Source: Bdellovibrio sp. | GTDB taxonomy: Bacteria; Myxococcota; SpSt-1050 | Direction: 5' to 3' | DNA: 64,000 bases | Assembly (NCBI GenBank): GCA_020725805.1 | Contig: DYEF01000065.1 | Span: 40,349 to 104,348 of the forward strand | In this document: positions 1 to 10,212 of the stretch, piece by piece | Position numbering within the stretch: position 1 is the first letter of the stretch | Layout: every line of letters begins with the position of its first letter | Notes under the pieces: generated by a model | The model's database searches: none | What the model saw: the letters and a program-made list of their open reading frames with translations, nothing else | Told to the model about the DNA's origin: nothing | Made by a program: the position numbers and the translations under genes

Positions 1-1309
1 TATTCGCCTCTTCGCCGTTCTCACCATTGGAACCGTTCTCATCCTTAAGATTAAAGAGTTTCAGAAATCCTTCCGATATCAGTCTGGAACCTGTAGCCCT
101 GAATTCATAGGCACCCGACTCAATAATCACCGTCCTCTGTGCATAGACAGCAGGATTCATCTGGGAGGCCACAAATCTCTTCCATATGAGTTCATAAAGC
201 CTGAAATGGTCCCTTGGCAATACCTCTCTCAAGGAATCAGGAGCATATTCAACGTGGGTTGGTCTGATAGCCTCGTGCGCATCCTGTGAACGTCCCTTGG
301 TGCTGTAATAATTCGGATTTTCAGGCAGATAATCCTTCCCCCACCTCTCGGATATAAATTCCCTGACCGATCTTATCGCCTCTTCGGATACCCTCACGGA
401 GTCAGTCCTCATATAGGTAATGAGACCTTCGAGCCTTCCGTCTCCTATATCCATACCTTCATAAAGGTCCTGTGCAAGAGACATTGTCTTCTTGGCAGAA
501 AAGCCAAAAGCATTGAATGCCGCCTGCTGAAGTTTGCTCGTAATAAACGGGGGCGGAGGATTCTTTTTGCGCTGAGAGTCATTAACCGCAGATACCCTGA
601 AATATGAAAGCTGCCTGATGTGATTTCTGATATTCTGAGCTTCCTTTTCGCTCTCGACCGAGACCTTTTTATCTCCTATAGAGACAAGTTTTGCCCTGAA
701 TTTATCTGGCATCTCTCTGAAGAAGACACCGTCAAATTCATAATACTTCTTCCGCTCGAATTTCCTGATTTCCTCTTCCCGCATCACAACAAGTTTAACG
801 GCCACAGACTGAACCCTTCCGGCCGAAAGTCCGGGCATTACCTTTCTCCATAATATTGGGGAGATTAGATATCCGACAAGTCTGTCGAGGATTCTGCGGG
901 CCTGCTGACTCTGATATTTGTTCATATCCAGCTTCTGGGGATTCTTTATACTGTTTATGACCGCATTTTTTGTAATCTCATTAAAAAGAACTCTGTAGAT
1001 CTTCTCCTGAGGGACGTTTAGTTCTTCTGATATATGTACAGCAATTGCCTCACCTTCCCTGTCAGGGTCAGGACCAAGAAATATTTTATCGGATTTTTTT
1101 GCAAGTTCCTTCATCTTCTGAATAATCTTACCTTTTCCCTTAATGACAAAATAGACCGGTCTGAAATCTTTCTCGATCTCAACACCCAGATCACCCGAAG
1201 GCAGGTCCTTAACATGCCCCTGAGAAGCGATTACATTAAAATCCTTCCCGAGATATTTATTGAGGGTCTTTGCCTTTGACGGTGACTCCACTATCAGAAG
1301 ATTTGCCAT
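1..1309 (-). CDS. topA: DNA topoisomerase I, N-terminal ~436 codons; the C-terminus lies beyond the window start
   Basis: Minus-strand translation from ATG at 1309 reads MANLLIVESPSKAKTLNKYLGKDFNVIASQGHVKDLP...DPDREGEAIA, which are Toprim/topo IA motifs, and continues without a stop to position 1. It is missing from the ORF track because it is truncated by the window edge. Confidence 0.9.
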   Translation of the reverse strand, partial: MANLLIVESPSKAKTLNKYLGKDFNVIASQGHVKDLPSGDLGVEIEKDFRPVYFVIKGKGKIIQKMKELAKKSDKIFLGPDPDREGEAIAVHISEELNVPQEKIYRVLFNEITKNAVINSIKNPQKLDMNKYQSQQARRILDRLVGYLISPILWRKVMPGLSAGRVQSVAVKLVVMREEEIRKFERKKYYEFDGVFFREMPDKFRAKLVSIGDKKVSVESEKEAQNIRNHIRQLSYFRVSAVNDSQRKKNPPPPFITSKLQQAAFNAFGFSAKKTMSLAQDLYEGMDIGDGRLEGLITYMRTDSVRVSEEAIRSVREFISERWGKDYLPENPNYYSTKGRSQDAHEAIRPTHVEYAPDSLREVLPRDHFRLYELIWKRFVASQMNPAVYAQRTVIIESGAYEFRATGSRLISEGFLKLFNLKDENGSNGENGEEAN

Positions 1310-1311
1310 AA

Positions 1312-2421
1312 TCAGTAACTCCTTTTTCTGTATATCTTGCCGGGTAACTGCTCTATTATACCCTTAATCTCCATTTTCAGAAGCAGTTCATTTATCTCAC
1401 CCGGATTTTTATGTGATTTAACGAATATATCATCAATATGCAGTTCCTTACTTTGTGCAATTATATTGAAAATCAAAAGTTCATCATCAGTCATATTCTT
1501 CTCTGTAATGCCCTCGGTCTTTTCATTTCTGTCAATGCCCTCATTAAGTCCAAGAAAATCGAGAATTACCTTTTCGGAATAGATAATCTTTGCCCCTCTG
1601 GATATCAGATAATTCGGGCAGTACGACTTTTCTGAGTTAACCGGACCCGGCAGAGCAAAAACCGGAACAGACTTTCTGAAGGCATACTCCGCCGTCAATC
1701 CTGCTCCGCTCTTTTCTGAGCCCTCGATAACAAGAACAGCCTGAGAAATTTCAGCAATATACTGATTTCTTCTCACAAAGGTATATTCATTTGTCTCTTC
1801 AAGCGGGCCATATGCAGAAATTATCAGACCACCAGAATCAACAATTTTTTCAAAAAGCGGAATATTTACCGCAGGATAAGGTTTATCTATGGGCGTCCCC
1901 AGAAAGGCAATTGTCTTACCATGATTTTTCAGGGCAGAAGAGTGAGCAACCGTATCTATACCTGTAGCACCGCCGCTTACGATATTCGCGCTTTTGGCAA
2001 TTATTTCGACAAATCTTTCGGTCATTTCAATCCCGTAATTAGTAGGACTTCTGGTCCCCACAACCGCAATATTCCTGTTGTCAGCAACAGACAGATCACC
2101 CCTGTAGAAGAAGACCGGCAGAATTCTTAGTCCCGCAAAAACCGAAGGATAATTCCTGTCACAGAGAGTTGAAATCTTTATCCCCAGATCACTGCAAACA
2201 GACAGAATTCTGTCAATGTCGGTATCCTTAGACGATATATATTCAATCTCGTCATCGGAAAACCTGTATTTTTCCCTCTTTCCGGTAAGAAAATAGCTTA
2301 AACTCTCATACCCGCTCTCCCTGAAATCCATAAGCAGGTCGAAAAGTGACTTCTCACCGAAGCCCTTCTTTCTGAGCCTTTTAAGACCGATTATTTCCTT
2401 TATGAGGCCGTTTTCCGACAT
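1312..2421 (-). CDS. dprA: DNA processing protein DprA (Smf)
   Basis: 369 aa with the DprA Rossmann-like core (IAVVGTRSPTNYG...SGGATGIDTVAHSSAL...LVIEGSEKSGAGLTAEYA). It ends 3 nt before the topA start, the conserved dprA-topA arrangement. Confidence 0.85.
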   Translation of the reverse strand: MSENGLIKEIIGLKRLRKKGFGEKSLFDLLMDFRESGYESLSYFLTGKREKYRFSDDEIEYISSKDTDIDRILSVCSDLGIKISTLCDRNYPSVFAGLRILPVFFYRGDLSVADNRNIAVVGTRSPTNYGIEMTERFVEIIAKSANIVSGGATGIDTVAHSSALKNHGKTIAFLGTPIDKPYPAVNIPLFEKIVDSGGLIISAYGPLEETNEYTFVRRNQYIAEISQAVLVIEGSEKSGAGLTAEYAFRKSVPVFALPGPVNSEKSYCPNYLISRGAKIIYSEKVILDFLGLNEGIDRNEKTEGITEKNMTDDELLIFNIIAQSKELHIDDIFVKSHKNPGEINELLLKMEIKGIIEQLPGKIYRKRSY

Positions 2422-3117
2422 TAAAACTCTAACCTCTCAAAATTAAAGGTTTTCCCATTTATATCTTAATATCAAATCTGTCAAATAAAATTAGAAAAAA
2501 GTTTCTAACCTTTTGATATCAGGCTATATTTTTTATATCGTTTACCTTATATAGTAAAGTATCATTAATCAGAACCAGTTAATCCGGGATTTTGTAATAT
2601 TCAATAAAGGTGCCGAAACGGAAAATATTGATCCTGTTATAACCACTTTAGGTGCCAGTTACAAATTACTCAATTATTACAATTAGTTAGCGAATAGCCA
2701 CTCTGATTAATAATAAATATAGCCGTTGAGAAACCAGACAAATATGAATAGGGATATCAAATCAGAATCGGGCTCCTAAAGGTTTGGTATGCTTCTACCA
2801 AAAACATGGCAGTTCCTAATACAATAAAAGCCATTTATTTGATAAGTGCCGGTCACCACTAAAAGAAACTAATACCACATCTTACCAAATAAAGAAAACT
2901 AACCGAATTAAAATCCCTGTTCTGCTTCCTTTGCATCCTTAAAGCTAAGCTAAAGTATTAGATTAAAACTTTATGCTAACATATTAATATAATGAGATAT
3001 TTTACATTTGTATGAATTGACTGTATTCGCGGTAACTATATTCTTACAACAGATTGTTTTAATTTGACTAACTTTCGTTTGGGTAATATAATTACTCTTG
3101 TGATATGTTATGACGTT

Positions 3118-4224
3118 ATGAAGACCGGTAATGTAATTTATCCCTTTTTAATCCTTTCCCTTTTCAGCTGCTCAGTTGACTATTCAGTCCTTGAGGAAAG
3201 ATTCTGCAATTCCCAAAATCAATGTATAGAGGGCTATAAGTGTGATCTGGCAACCGGCAAATGCATAAAATCACCGGATTCATCGGATATATCTTTCAGG
3301 GATATCATATCGGATATTGACAGCGGGCTCACTGACCTGTTAACGGAAGATGTTAAGGACGACACCGATGACAGAAGTTATTCTGATACATATCAGGACA
3401 TAATTTCAGATATCAAAGACACAGGATATCCGGATATATCAAATGACAGCGGCCTGTGCGAAACCGGTATATTTACCTGCAGGGATAATGACCTCTACAG
3501 ATGTGATGAAAACGGCCTAATGGTACTCGAAAAGAGCTGTGAAATGGGATGCAAAAATGACCATTGTATTGAATGTCTGCCCAACGAAAAAGTCTGTACA
3601 GATGAAGAGAATCTCAGAATATGCAATCAGGAAGGTCTCTTCGAATCCCAGAAATGCACTTATAAATGCTATAACAATCAATGTGTAATCTGTCTGCCTA
3701 CCGACAAATACTGTAACGGCAAAAAGGCCCTGAAATGTAATCCGATCGGCACAAAATGGGAAGAGAAAGATTGTGAAATCGGGTGTTCGGCCGGAGAATG
3801 TATGATATGTGAACCGGAAGTTACAAAAAAATGTGTCGATAATGATATTTATACCTGTACTGCCTCCGGAATGGATTATTCAAAGACACAAAACTGTTGT
3901 CATGAAAACAACTGCACAGATGGCAATTGCGTAATTACTGCACCAAGAGTAACAGATTACAACCCGAAAGACTGGAAAGTCGGAGGCACTATTTACTGGG
4001 ATATATACGGATGCTTCTTTGTCAGTAATGCATCGAAGGTGATGATAGATTTTGGCGGTTCGTGGAAAGAAATTACCGAATACGACAATTATGAATATTC
4101 AATGAGAACAGAAGAACGTATTCAGATTAAGGTCAAGGTCCTGACCGGCACAGAATTCAATTTTAAGGTTGTAAATCCCGACGGTCAGAGTACTCAGCAA
4201 TATCCTATAAAAAAACACTATTAA
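3118..4224 (+). CDS. secreted Cys-rich repeat lipoprotein, function unknown
   Basis: Internal ATG at 3118 gives MKTGNVIYPFLILSLFSCS, a lipobox-type signal. An acidic D-I-S-D tract follows, then four tandem ~35-aa modules sharing the spacing C-x4-6-C-x3-G-x6-8-C-x2-G-C-x4-C-x2-C. The C-terminal ~100 aa has no Cys. Confidence 0.6.
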   Translation: MKTGNVIYPFLILSLFSCSVDYSVLEERFCNSQNQCIEGYKCDLATGKCIKSPDSSDISFRDIISDIDSGLTDLLTEDVKDDTDDRSYSDTYQDIISDIKDTGYPDISNDSGLCETGIFTCRDNDLYRCDENGLMVLEKSCEMGCKNDHCIECLPNEKVCTDEENLRICNQEGLFESQKCTYKCYNNQCVICLPTDKYCNGKKALKCNPIGTKWEEKDCEIGCSAGECMICEPEVTKKCVDNDIYTCTASGMDYSKTQNCCHENNCTDGNCVITAPRVTDYNPKDWKVGGTIYWDIYGCFFVSNASKVMIDFGGSWKEITEYDNYEYSMRTEERIQIKVKVLTGTEFNFKVVNPDGQSTQQYPIKKHY

Positions 4225-4248
4225 TAACATTGTAAAAAACTCACAGAT

Positions 4249-4779
4249 TTAACAATCGACGCATAAATATTTTTCTATCCTTAAAAGATTCTTTTTGCCT
4301 ATCCCCCTGATCTTTCCGAGGTCATCTGTCCTCCCGAATCTTCCGTTCTTTATCCGGTATTCTATAATTCTTTCTGCAACTGACTCTCCTATACCGTCAA
4401 TACTGATAAGGTCACTTAAACTTGCACTGTTTACATCAATCCTTAGCCCAAGCATAAGTCTCTCATAACCGCTCATCCAAAACGAACTTATTCTGCAGTC
4501 TTTATCCAAAAAAGCCTTTTTCCCGTATCCGACGTCAATGTCACTGATAACGCAACCGCATCTCTCGAGCAGTTCCAGACTTGGCAGATCCGTATACCTC
4601 CCCTTACAGTATAATGTCTTATAAACCCCGCAGCTCAACGGGACCTTATAGTCACAAAGAATATCTTCGGAATAGTACGAGAGTCCTCTCCCCTCCCTTA
4701 CCATCCCCAGAATACCCGCAGTTAAAGCAATTAAAGCAAAGAACAAAAACGAAAATCTACTCATTCTTATCCAGTTCAA
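4249..4779 (-). CDS. ComEA-like helix-hairpin-helix DNA-binding protein
   Basis: 176 aa with an N-terminal hydrophobic segment and a C-terminal tandem HhH region (DVNSASLSDLISIDGIGESVAERIIEYRIKNGRFGRTDDLGKIRGIGKKNLLRI) typical of ComEA. Confidence 0.65.
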   Translation of the reverse strand: MNWIRMSRFSFLFFALIALTAGILGMVREGRGLSYYSEDILCDYKVPLSCGVYKTLYCKGRYTDLPSLELLERCGCVISDIDVGYGKKAFLDKDCRISSFWMSGYERLMLGLRIDVNSASLSDLISIDGIGESVAERIIEYRIKNGRFGRTDDLGKIRGIGKKNLLRIEKYLCVDC

Positions 4780-5992
4780 ACGTCTCGTGCAGAATCCTCA
4801 GGGCAAGTTCCAGATAGTCCCTGCTTATGGCTACAGAAATCTTTATGTCGTTTGCATTGATATAATTGATATTTATCCTGTTTTTGGCAAGCACAGAGAA
4901 TATCTTGAAGGCAACATCAGGAGCCTTATAGAGTCCCGAACCTATAACAGAGACAACCGCTATGTTATCATCATACTCAACCGAGGAAGCCCCACACTCC
5001 TTTGCAAATTTCTCGGTAATTATATATGCCCTCTTTGCATCATCACGCAGTACCGTAAATGAAAGGTCTGATAGTCCGTCTATTGTCACAATATTACTGA
5101 TATCGAAGATATTTATACCATTCTCGACAAGGGGAGAAAAAATGCGCGCCGCAACTCCCGGCCTGTCCTGCAACTGATGTATGGATACCTTGGCTTTGTT
5201 AGGGTCACCGATTATGGATTTGACAATACTCTTTTTCATCTTTCCTCCCGAAATTAATGTATATTTCTCTGGCTCATAAAAACTTCTGAATTCTATTTCG
5301 ATACCCCATTCTTTTGCAAGCATAAGGTCATCGAGGTCGAAACTCGACGTATTGAGAGAAAGGATATTTGCTGCCTCGTCATAATCAAGTTCCCTTATAA
5401 GCCGGGCCTTCGACACATACTCCCTGTTGGAGGTAAAAAACAGCAAATCTTCCCTGTAATAGAGCACCTTACTCTGCCCCAGCAGTTTGGCAAAAAGAAT
5501 AGGAGTTACCCGGTCTGTTCCTCCGAGTATTCTGTCTATCTGACCCTTTTCATCAATTACTGAAAGACCGCTTACCAGAAGGACCGTACCTCTCTGAATA
5601 TTCTTTTCAATAAATTCACGGTAAAAATCCGGAATCGTCGGCTCTGTAAAGAGCTTGCGCTTCGGAATCTGAATCAGATTCTGGTCGAATTCAATAGTAT
5701 AAATACCTTTTGAGAGAAGGGCAAATTTCAGAATTCTGGAGGAAATATTTTCTGTAGGCCTGTAAAGCTGGTTGAATTCCGATTCCTGACTGATATTGTA
5801 AAAAGAGGAAATACTCTCCTTGAGGCTTTCATAGAATTTCCTGATATAGGGGACAATGATTATCAGGCTTTCCTGTGAATCAAAATGGCGCTTGATGATA
5901 TCTACACTTCTTCTGATATTTTCCACCGAATCGAACATCTTATGAGACAATCTGAGAATAGAAATCTTCTGCATTTTATTCGCCTTCCTCAT
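4757..5992 (-). CDS. aspartokinase-like protein (amino-acid kinase fold plus two C-terminal ACT domains), divergent N-terminus
   Basis: The central region resembles the aspartokinase catalytic C-lobe (GGTDRVTPILFAKLLGQ...LYYREDL...YDEAANI). The C-terminus has two ACT-like segments. The canonical KFGG(T/S)S glycine loop is not recognisable at the N-terminus. Confidence 0.5.
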   Translation of the reverse strand: MRKANKMQKISILRLSHKMFDSVENIRRSVDIIKRHFDSQESLIIIVPYIRKFYESLKESISSFYNISQESEFNQLYRPTENISSRILKFALLSKGIYTIEFDQNLIQIPKRKLFTEPTIPDFYREFIEKNIQRGTVLLVSGLSVIDEKGQIDRILGGTDRVTPILFAKLLGQSKVLYYREDLLFFTSNREYVSKARLIRELDYDEAANILSLNTSSFDLDDLMLAKEWGIEIEFRSFYEPEKYTLISGGKMKKSIVKSIIGDPNKAKVSIHQLQDRPGVAARIFSPLVENGINIFDISNIVTIDGLSDLSFTVLRDDAKRAYIITEKFAKECGASSVEYDDNIAVVSVIGSGLYKAPDVAFKIFSVLAKNRININYINANDIKISVAISRDYLELALRILHETFELDKNE

Positions 5993-6896
5993 TCATTTTG
6001 AATATTATCCCCCACCTCACACCTCGTGTGGAGACCCGGACTGATTCTCTTCTGAGATAATCCATTATATTCCTTACAATCAGAATTCCGGCGGGCAGAA
6101 TATCCGCCCTGTCCGGTTCAATACCTGTAATCTTTGCCCTCTCCTGACGGCTCATCTGCGATATGGTCTCAAACAACCCCTGAATCTCTCTGAAACTTAT
6201 CGTTTTATTCTCAATAATCTCCGGCCTGTACTCTGCCATTCCCTCAAGGATGGCTCCGATATTCGTAATCGTCCCGCCTGAGATATGGACCGCTGTAAAA
6301 TTTCCTGTCACATCGTAAGGGATATTCTTTTCGAGTATCTCATTGATATAACCGGATGCCTGCAAAACGGCGTCTCTCTGATACACCTCTTTTGCGGAAA
6401 AATACTTTTCGTAGATTCCTACTGCCCCGAGTTTGAGGCTTCTGGTGAACTTTATATCCGAGTCTATGCCTGTAGATATCTCGGTTGAACCGCCTCCGAT
6501 ATCCACTACACATATCTCCTTTGAAGGATTCAGATATGATACTGAATAAAAACTGTAAAAACCCTCTTTCTCTCCGTCAATTATTTCAATATCGCCAAGA
6601 CAGGCACCCGAAAGTTTCTTGAGGACATAATCACTGTTCTTTGCACTGCGAAGAACCTCAGTGGCAACATATTTTACCTTATCAACTCCCTTATTGTGAA
6701 TCTTGTCCGAAAATTCCCTTAAGGCATTAAGGGTTATTTCGATATTCTCCTCCCTTATTGTGCCGTCATCTCCAAGGCCCTTGCCAAGCCTTGTAATACG
6801 GGATAGTTCGGTTACATTCCTGATGTCCCTTCCCTCGACATCGGCAATTGTAAGCAAAACTGAATTTGTACCTATATCGACTACAGCAGTCTTCAT
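5976..6896 (-). CDS. Ppx/GppA family phosphatase (exopolyphosphatase / guanosine pentaphosphate phosphohydrolase)
   Basis: N-terminus MKTAVVDIGTNSVLL and a second phosphate-binding motif VVDIGGGSTEI, the ASKHA-fold Ppx/GppA signature. 306 aa matches the short form. Confidence 0.8.
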   Translation of the reverse strand: MKTAVVDIGTNSVLLTIADVEGRDIRNVTELSRITRLGKGLGDDGTIREENIEITLNALREFSDKIHNKGVDKVKYVATEVLRSAKNSDYVLKKLSGACLGDIEIIDGEKEGFYSFYSVSYLNPSKEICVVDIGGGSTEISTGIDSDIKFTRSLKLGAVGIYEKYFSAKEVYQRDAVLQASGYINEILEKNIPYDVTGNFTAVHISGGTITNIGAILEGMAEYRPEIIENKTISFREIQGLFETISQMSRQERAKITGIEPDRADILPAGILIVRNIMDYLRRESVRVSTRGVRWGIIFKMNEEGE

Positions 6897-6911
6897 CTCT
6901 CTCTACCCCTC

Positions 6912-8105
6912 TTACCTCTTATTTTCTATAGCATCCTTCATCCTCTTCAATCCCTCGACAATCTGCTCTCTCGATGTTGCATACGAAAGCCTTATGTATT
7001 CATCTTTCTCGCCGACGTTCTTTGAACCAAAGCAGGTCCTCGAAAGCACAGCAACCCCGGCCTTGTAAAGCAGATAATCCTGCAGTTCCCTTGAATCCTT
7101 GAATCCCAGATTCCTGCAGGCCTCTGTAACATTCGGGAAAACATAGAAGGCACCTTTTGCCTTAAGACATTTTACTCCCTTTATATCGTTGAGAAGGCCG
7201 ACTATAAGGTCTCTTCTTGCCTTAAACTCCTCTGCCATTTTATATGACTCCGACTGGTCACCTCTCAGGGCCTCGATAGCCGCATACTGGGTAAATGCGG
7301 CGGTACAGGAATCCGAATTGATAATCATCCTCGTCACAACCTTGGCAAGTTCCTGAGGCATTATTCCCCAGCCGATTCTCCAGCCCGTCATTGCATATGT
7401 CTTCGAGCATCCGTCTACAATTATGGTCCTTTCCTTCATACCCGGAATAGACGAGATGGTCTCGAATTTTGAATCAAAGCAGAATCTGTGATATACCTCG
7501 TCGGACATTACATAAAAATCATGTTTCATTGCGAGTCCTGCAATGGCTTCAAGGTCAGATCTGGAAAGTGAACCGCCGGTCGGGTTATGAGGTGAATTTA
7601 TTATAAGCAGTTTCGTTCGGGGAGTGATAAGCTTTTTCAGTGTATCTATATCGCAGGAGAACTCCTTCTCCTCAACAAGTGGCAGAGGGACAGGTTTGCC
7701 GTTTAGAAAATTAATAACTGATTCGTATATCGGAAATCCGGGATTGACATAGATTACCTCATCTCCTTCATTTACAAGCGCATGCATAGTATGAAAGAGA
7801 ATCGGTTTTGCACCCGGAGTAACAACTACCTCGGAAGGGTCAATCTTAACTCCCCTAAGTTCGAACGACTTCTGGGCAATGACCTCCCTCAGTTCGGGTA
7901 TTCCGTTTGCCGGTTTATAATGTGTCTCATTGCGGTCAATAGCATCTTTGCCGGCCTTCTTTATATTTTCAGGTGTATTGAAATCGGGTTCACCGATTGA
8001 AAAAGAGATAATACTCTTCCCCTGTGCCTTCAGTTCGTTGACCTTTGCAAGAACATCAAAGGCAGTCTCTGTCCCGAGTCTTGAAATCCTGTCTGCAAAC
8101 TTCAT
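6912..8105 (-). CDS. class I/II pyridoxal-phosphate aminotransferase (aspartate/aromatic family)
   Basis: Motifs GEPDFNTP, NSPHNPTG and SKTYAMTGWRIGW (PLP lysine region). The start is set at the internal ATG at 8105, which is preceded by GGAGGT; the track ORF extends further upstream with no RBS. Confidence 0.85.
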   Translation of the reverse strand: MKFADRISRLGTETAFDVLAKVNELKAQGKSIISFSIGEPDFNTPENIKKAGKDAIDRNETHYKPANGIPELREVIAQKSFELRGVKIDPSEVVVTPGAKPILFHTMHALVNEGDEVIYVNPGFPIYESVINFLNGKPVPLPLVEEKEFSCDIDTLKKLITPRTKLLIINSPHNPTGGSLSRSDLEAIAGLAMKHDFYVMSDEVYHRFCFDSKFETISSIPGMKERTIIVDGCSKTYAMTGWRIGWGIMPQELAKVVTRMIINSDSCTAAFTQYAAIEALRGDQSESYKMAEEFKARRDLIVGLLNDIKGVKCLKAKGAFYVFPNVTEACRNLGFKDSRELQDYLLYKAGVAVLSRTCFGSKNVGEKDEYIRLSYATSREQIVEGLKRMKDAIENKR

Positions 8106-8282
8106 AAATATACCTCCGTTGAAGAAAGTGAAGTAATAAAACCAAATAAATACCAATTGGTCAACCAAAAATGGATAAAATACGCAATACGGATTTTTTA
8201 CGCAGTGTGTCATAAAAATACTTGCAAGCTATGATAAATAATGTTAGTAAATTTATGTTTTAACTTCATTAAAGGAGGCAAA

Positions 8283-10079
8283 ATGTCCGGTATTTATGAA
8301 AAATTGTCACCCCAGACGGGTGCAGGTTTTATATTTGACAGAGCAACAGAGAAAAGGTTTTTCACTCCTGAAGATTTCGACGAAGATACCATTCAGTTCA
8401 GAAATACAGCACTGGATTTTATAGTAAACGAAGTAATGCCGAACATCGAAAAGATAGACGAACACGACTATGACCTGCTCGTGAAACTTCTTAAGAAGGC
8501 CGGTGAACTGGGACTTCTGATGTGTGATATCCCCGAAAAATTCGGAGGGGCCGAACTTCCGAAAGCCACATCAATGGGAATCAGCGAGGTCATAGGGATG
8601 AGCGGCTCCTTTTCAGTCGCACTGATGGCACATACAGGAATCGGGACACTCCCCATTCTCTTCTTTGGCAACGACAAACAGCGCGAAAAGTATCTCCCGA
8701 AACTTGCAACAGGTGAACTCATCGGTGCCTACGCCCTGACGGAGACCGGTTCCGGCTCTGATGCACTCGCAGCAAAGACAAAGGCTGTACTTACACCGGA
8801 CGGCAAGTACTATATTCTCAACGGCGGCAAACAATTCATTACAAATGCCGGATTTGCCGATGTCTTTACCGTATTCGCAAAAATAGACGGAGATAAGTTT
8901 ACAGGTTTTATCATTGAGAAAGGGACACCGGGATTCTCGGTAGGTAAGGAAGAGAACAAGATGGGTATCCGTGGTTCGTCAACCTGTCCGCTCATTCTCG
9001 AAGACTGCAAAGTCCCCGCAGAGAATGTCTTGGGTGAAATCGGCAAAGGACACAAGATCGCATTTAACATCCTCAATGTCGGAAGATTCAAGCTCGGCGT
9101 TATATGCATCGGTGCCGCAAAGGATGTCCTGAAGACTTCAATCAAATATGCAAAAGACCGCAAGCAGTTCGGAAGACCGATAGAATCATTCGGTATGATA
9201 AGGGAAAAGTTTGCCAATATGGCAATTCAGATTTATGCCGGTGAGACCGTATCATACAGGGTAGCAGGTCTTATGGACAAGATACTCCATACAATCGACA
9301 AATCTGCTCCCGACGCACAGCAGAAGACAATCGAGGGAATCGAGGAATTTGCAATCGAAGATTCAATAATGAAGGTATTCGGCTCGGAGATACTCGACTA
9401 TGTCGTCGACGAAGGAGTTCAGATACACGGCGGATACGGATATACAAGGGAATATTCAGTCGAACGGGCATACAGGGATTCGAGAATCAACAGACTCTTC
9501 GAGGGGACCAACGAGATAAACAGACTCGTTATCATCTCGACTATTATGAGAAGGATTGCGGCAGGCAAGATCAATATCGCCGAAATTACAAAGAAAATGA
9601 CAGAAGAACTAAAGGACACATCACTCATTACGAAAGATATCAAAAATTCACCTGTCTCAGATTCGGTCAAACTAACTGAACTTCTCAAAAGGGCTTATCT
9701 GTATCTGTTCAGCAAACTGGTCCAGAAACACGGAGAAGGACTCGCAAAGGAACAGGAATACATTAGAGCTCTTGCAGATGCAACAATAGCAATATGTGCT
9801 ATGGACTCAGTATGCGGCAGGGCACTGAATTCAAAGGAAATGCTTGGAGACGAAAGAGCCAGAATACAGATTGATATGGCGAATGCCTTTGTAGCAGAGA
9901 CATTCGAGAAGACTTTCGCGGAACTGAGACTTCTAGCCTCCTCAGGTGCATCGGGAGAAGAACTCGCCAGAGATATGAAAGTACTCGGTATGCTGTACAG
10001 AACTCCTGAATACAACCTGATAGCCCTGAAGCGTTCAATCGCGCAATATTTCGTAGATAAGGAAGAATACAGATTATAA
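8283..10079 (+). CDS. acyl-CoA dehydrogenase, long (~600 aa) form
   Basis: ACAD motifs (YALTETGSGSDA, catalytic region QIHGGYGYTREY..ERAYRD) plus a ~200-aa C-terminal extension. ATG at 8283 is preceded by AAAGGAGG. Confidence 0.85.
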   Translation: MSGIYEKLSPQTGAGFIFDRATEKRFFTPEDFDEDTIQFRNTALDFIVNEVMPNIEKIDEHDYDLLVKLLKKAGELGLLMCDIPEKFGGAELPKATSMGISEVIGMSGSFSVALMAHTGIGTLPILFFGNDKQREKYLPKLATGELIGAYALTETGSGSDALAAKTKAVLTPDGKYYILNGGKQFITNAGFADVFTVFAKIDGDKFTGFIIEKGTPGFSVGKEENKMGIRGSSTCPLILEDCKVPAENVLGEIGKGHKIAFNILNVGRFKLGVICIGAAKDVLKTSIKYAKDRKQFGRPIESFGMIREKFANMAIQIYAGETVSYRVAGLMDKILHTIDKSAPDAQQKTIEGIEEFAIEDSIMKVFGSEILDYVVDEGVQIHGGYGYTREYSVERAYRDSRINRLFEGTNEINRLVIISTIMRRIAAGKINIAEITKKMTEELKDTSLITKDIKNSPVSDSVKLTELLKRAYLYLFSKLVQKHGEGLAKEQEYIRALADATIAICAMDSVCGRALNSKEMLGDERARIQIDMANAFVAETFEKTFAELRLLASSGASGEELARDMKVLGMLYRTPEYNLIALKRSIAQYFVDKEEYRL

Positions 10080-10212
10080 TTCATATTCCGGAATCACTGA
10101 CCGGTTCTTTTATCTGCCATAAGAGTTTTTAGGCGAAATAGAGAGAATCCGTCTTTTAATAAACAGATTCTGAACTGATAATTCTGCTATTTAGATATTC
10201 GTCAGGATATAG

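Noticed and set aside
620-1279. Two plus-strand ORFs (77 and 81 aa) inside the topA region
   Set aside because: They lie antisense to a continuous, clearly homologous topA reading frame and have no motifs, so they are spurious.
2422-3117. ~700-bp AT-rich (~30% GC versus ~42% GC in flanking DNA), ORF-free divergent intergenic region between the dprA start (2421) and the Cys-rich lipoprotein start (3118), with three dispersed copies of a gtgcc(g/a)g heptamer
   Set aside because: Both strands were checked and no ORF of 60 aa or more was found. Most of it is plausibly the long 5' UTR/promoter of the Cys-rich lipoprotein gene plus the divergent dprA promoter. I could not support an ncRNA or regulatory element from sequence alone. 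An Rfam scan would settle it.
8468-10084. Five minus-strand ORFs (66-135 aa) overlapping the acyl-CoA dehydrogenase gene
   Set aside because: They are antisense to a strongly supported CDS, show low-complexity Ser/Pro/Arg-rich translations, and have no RBS.
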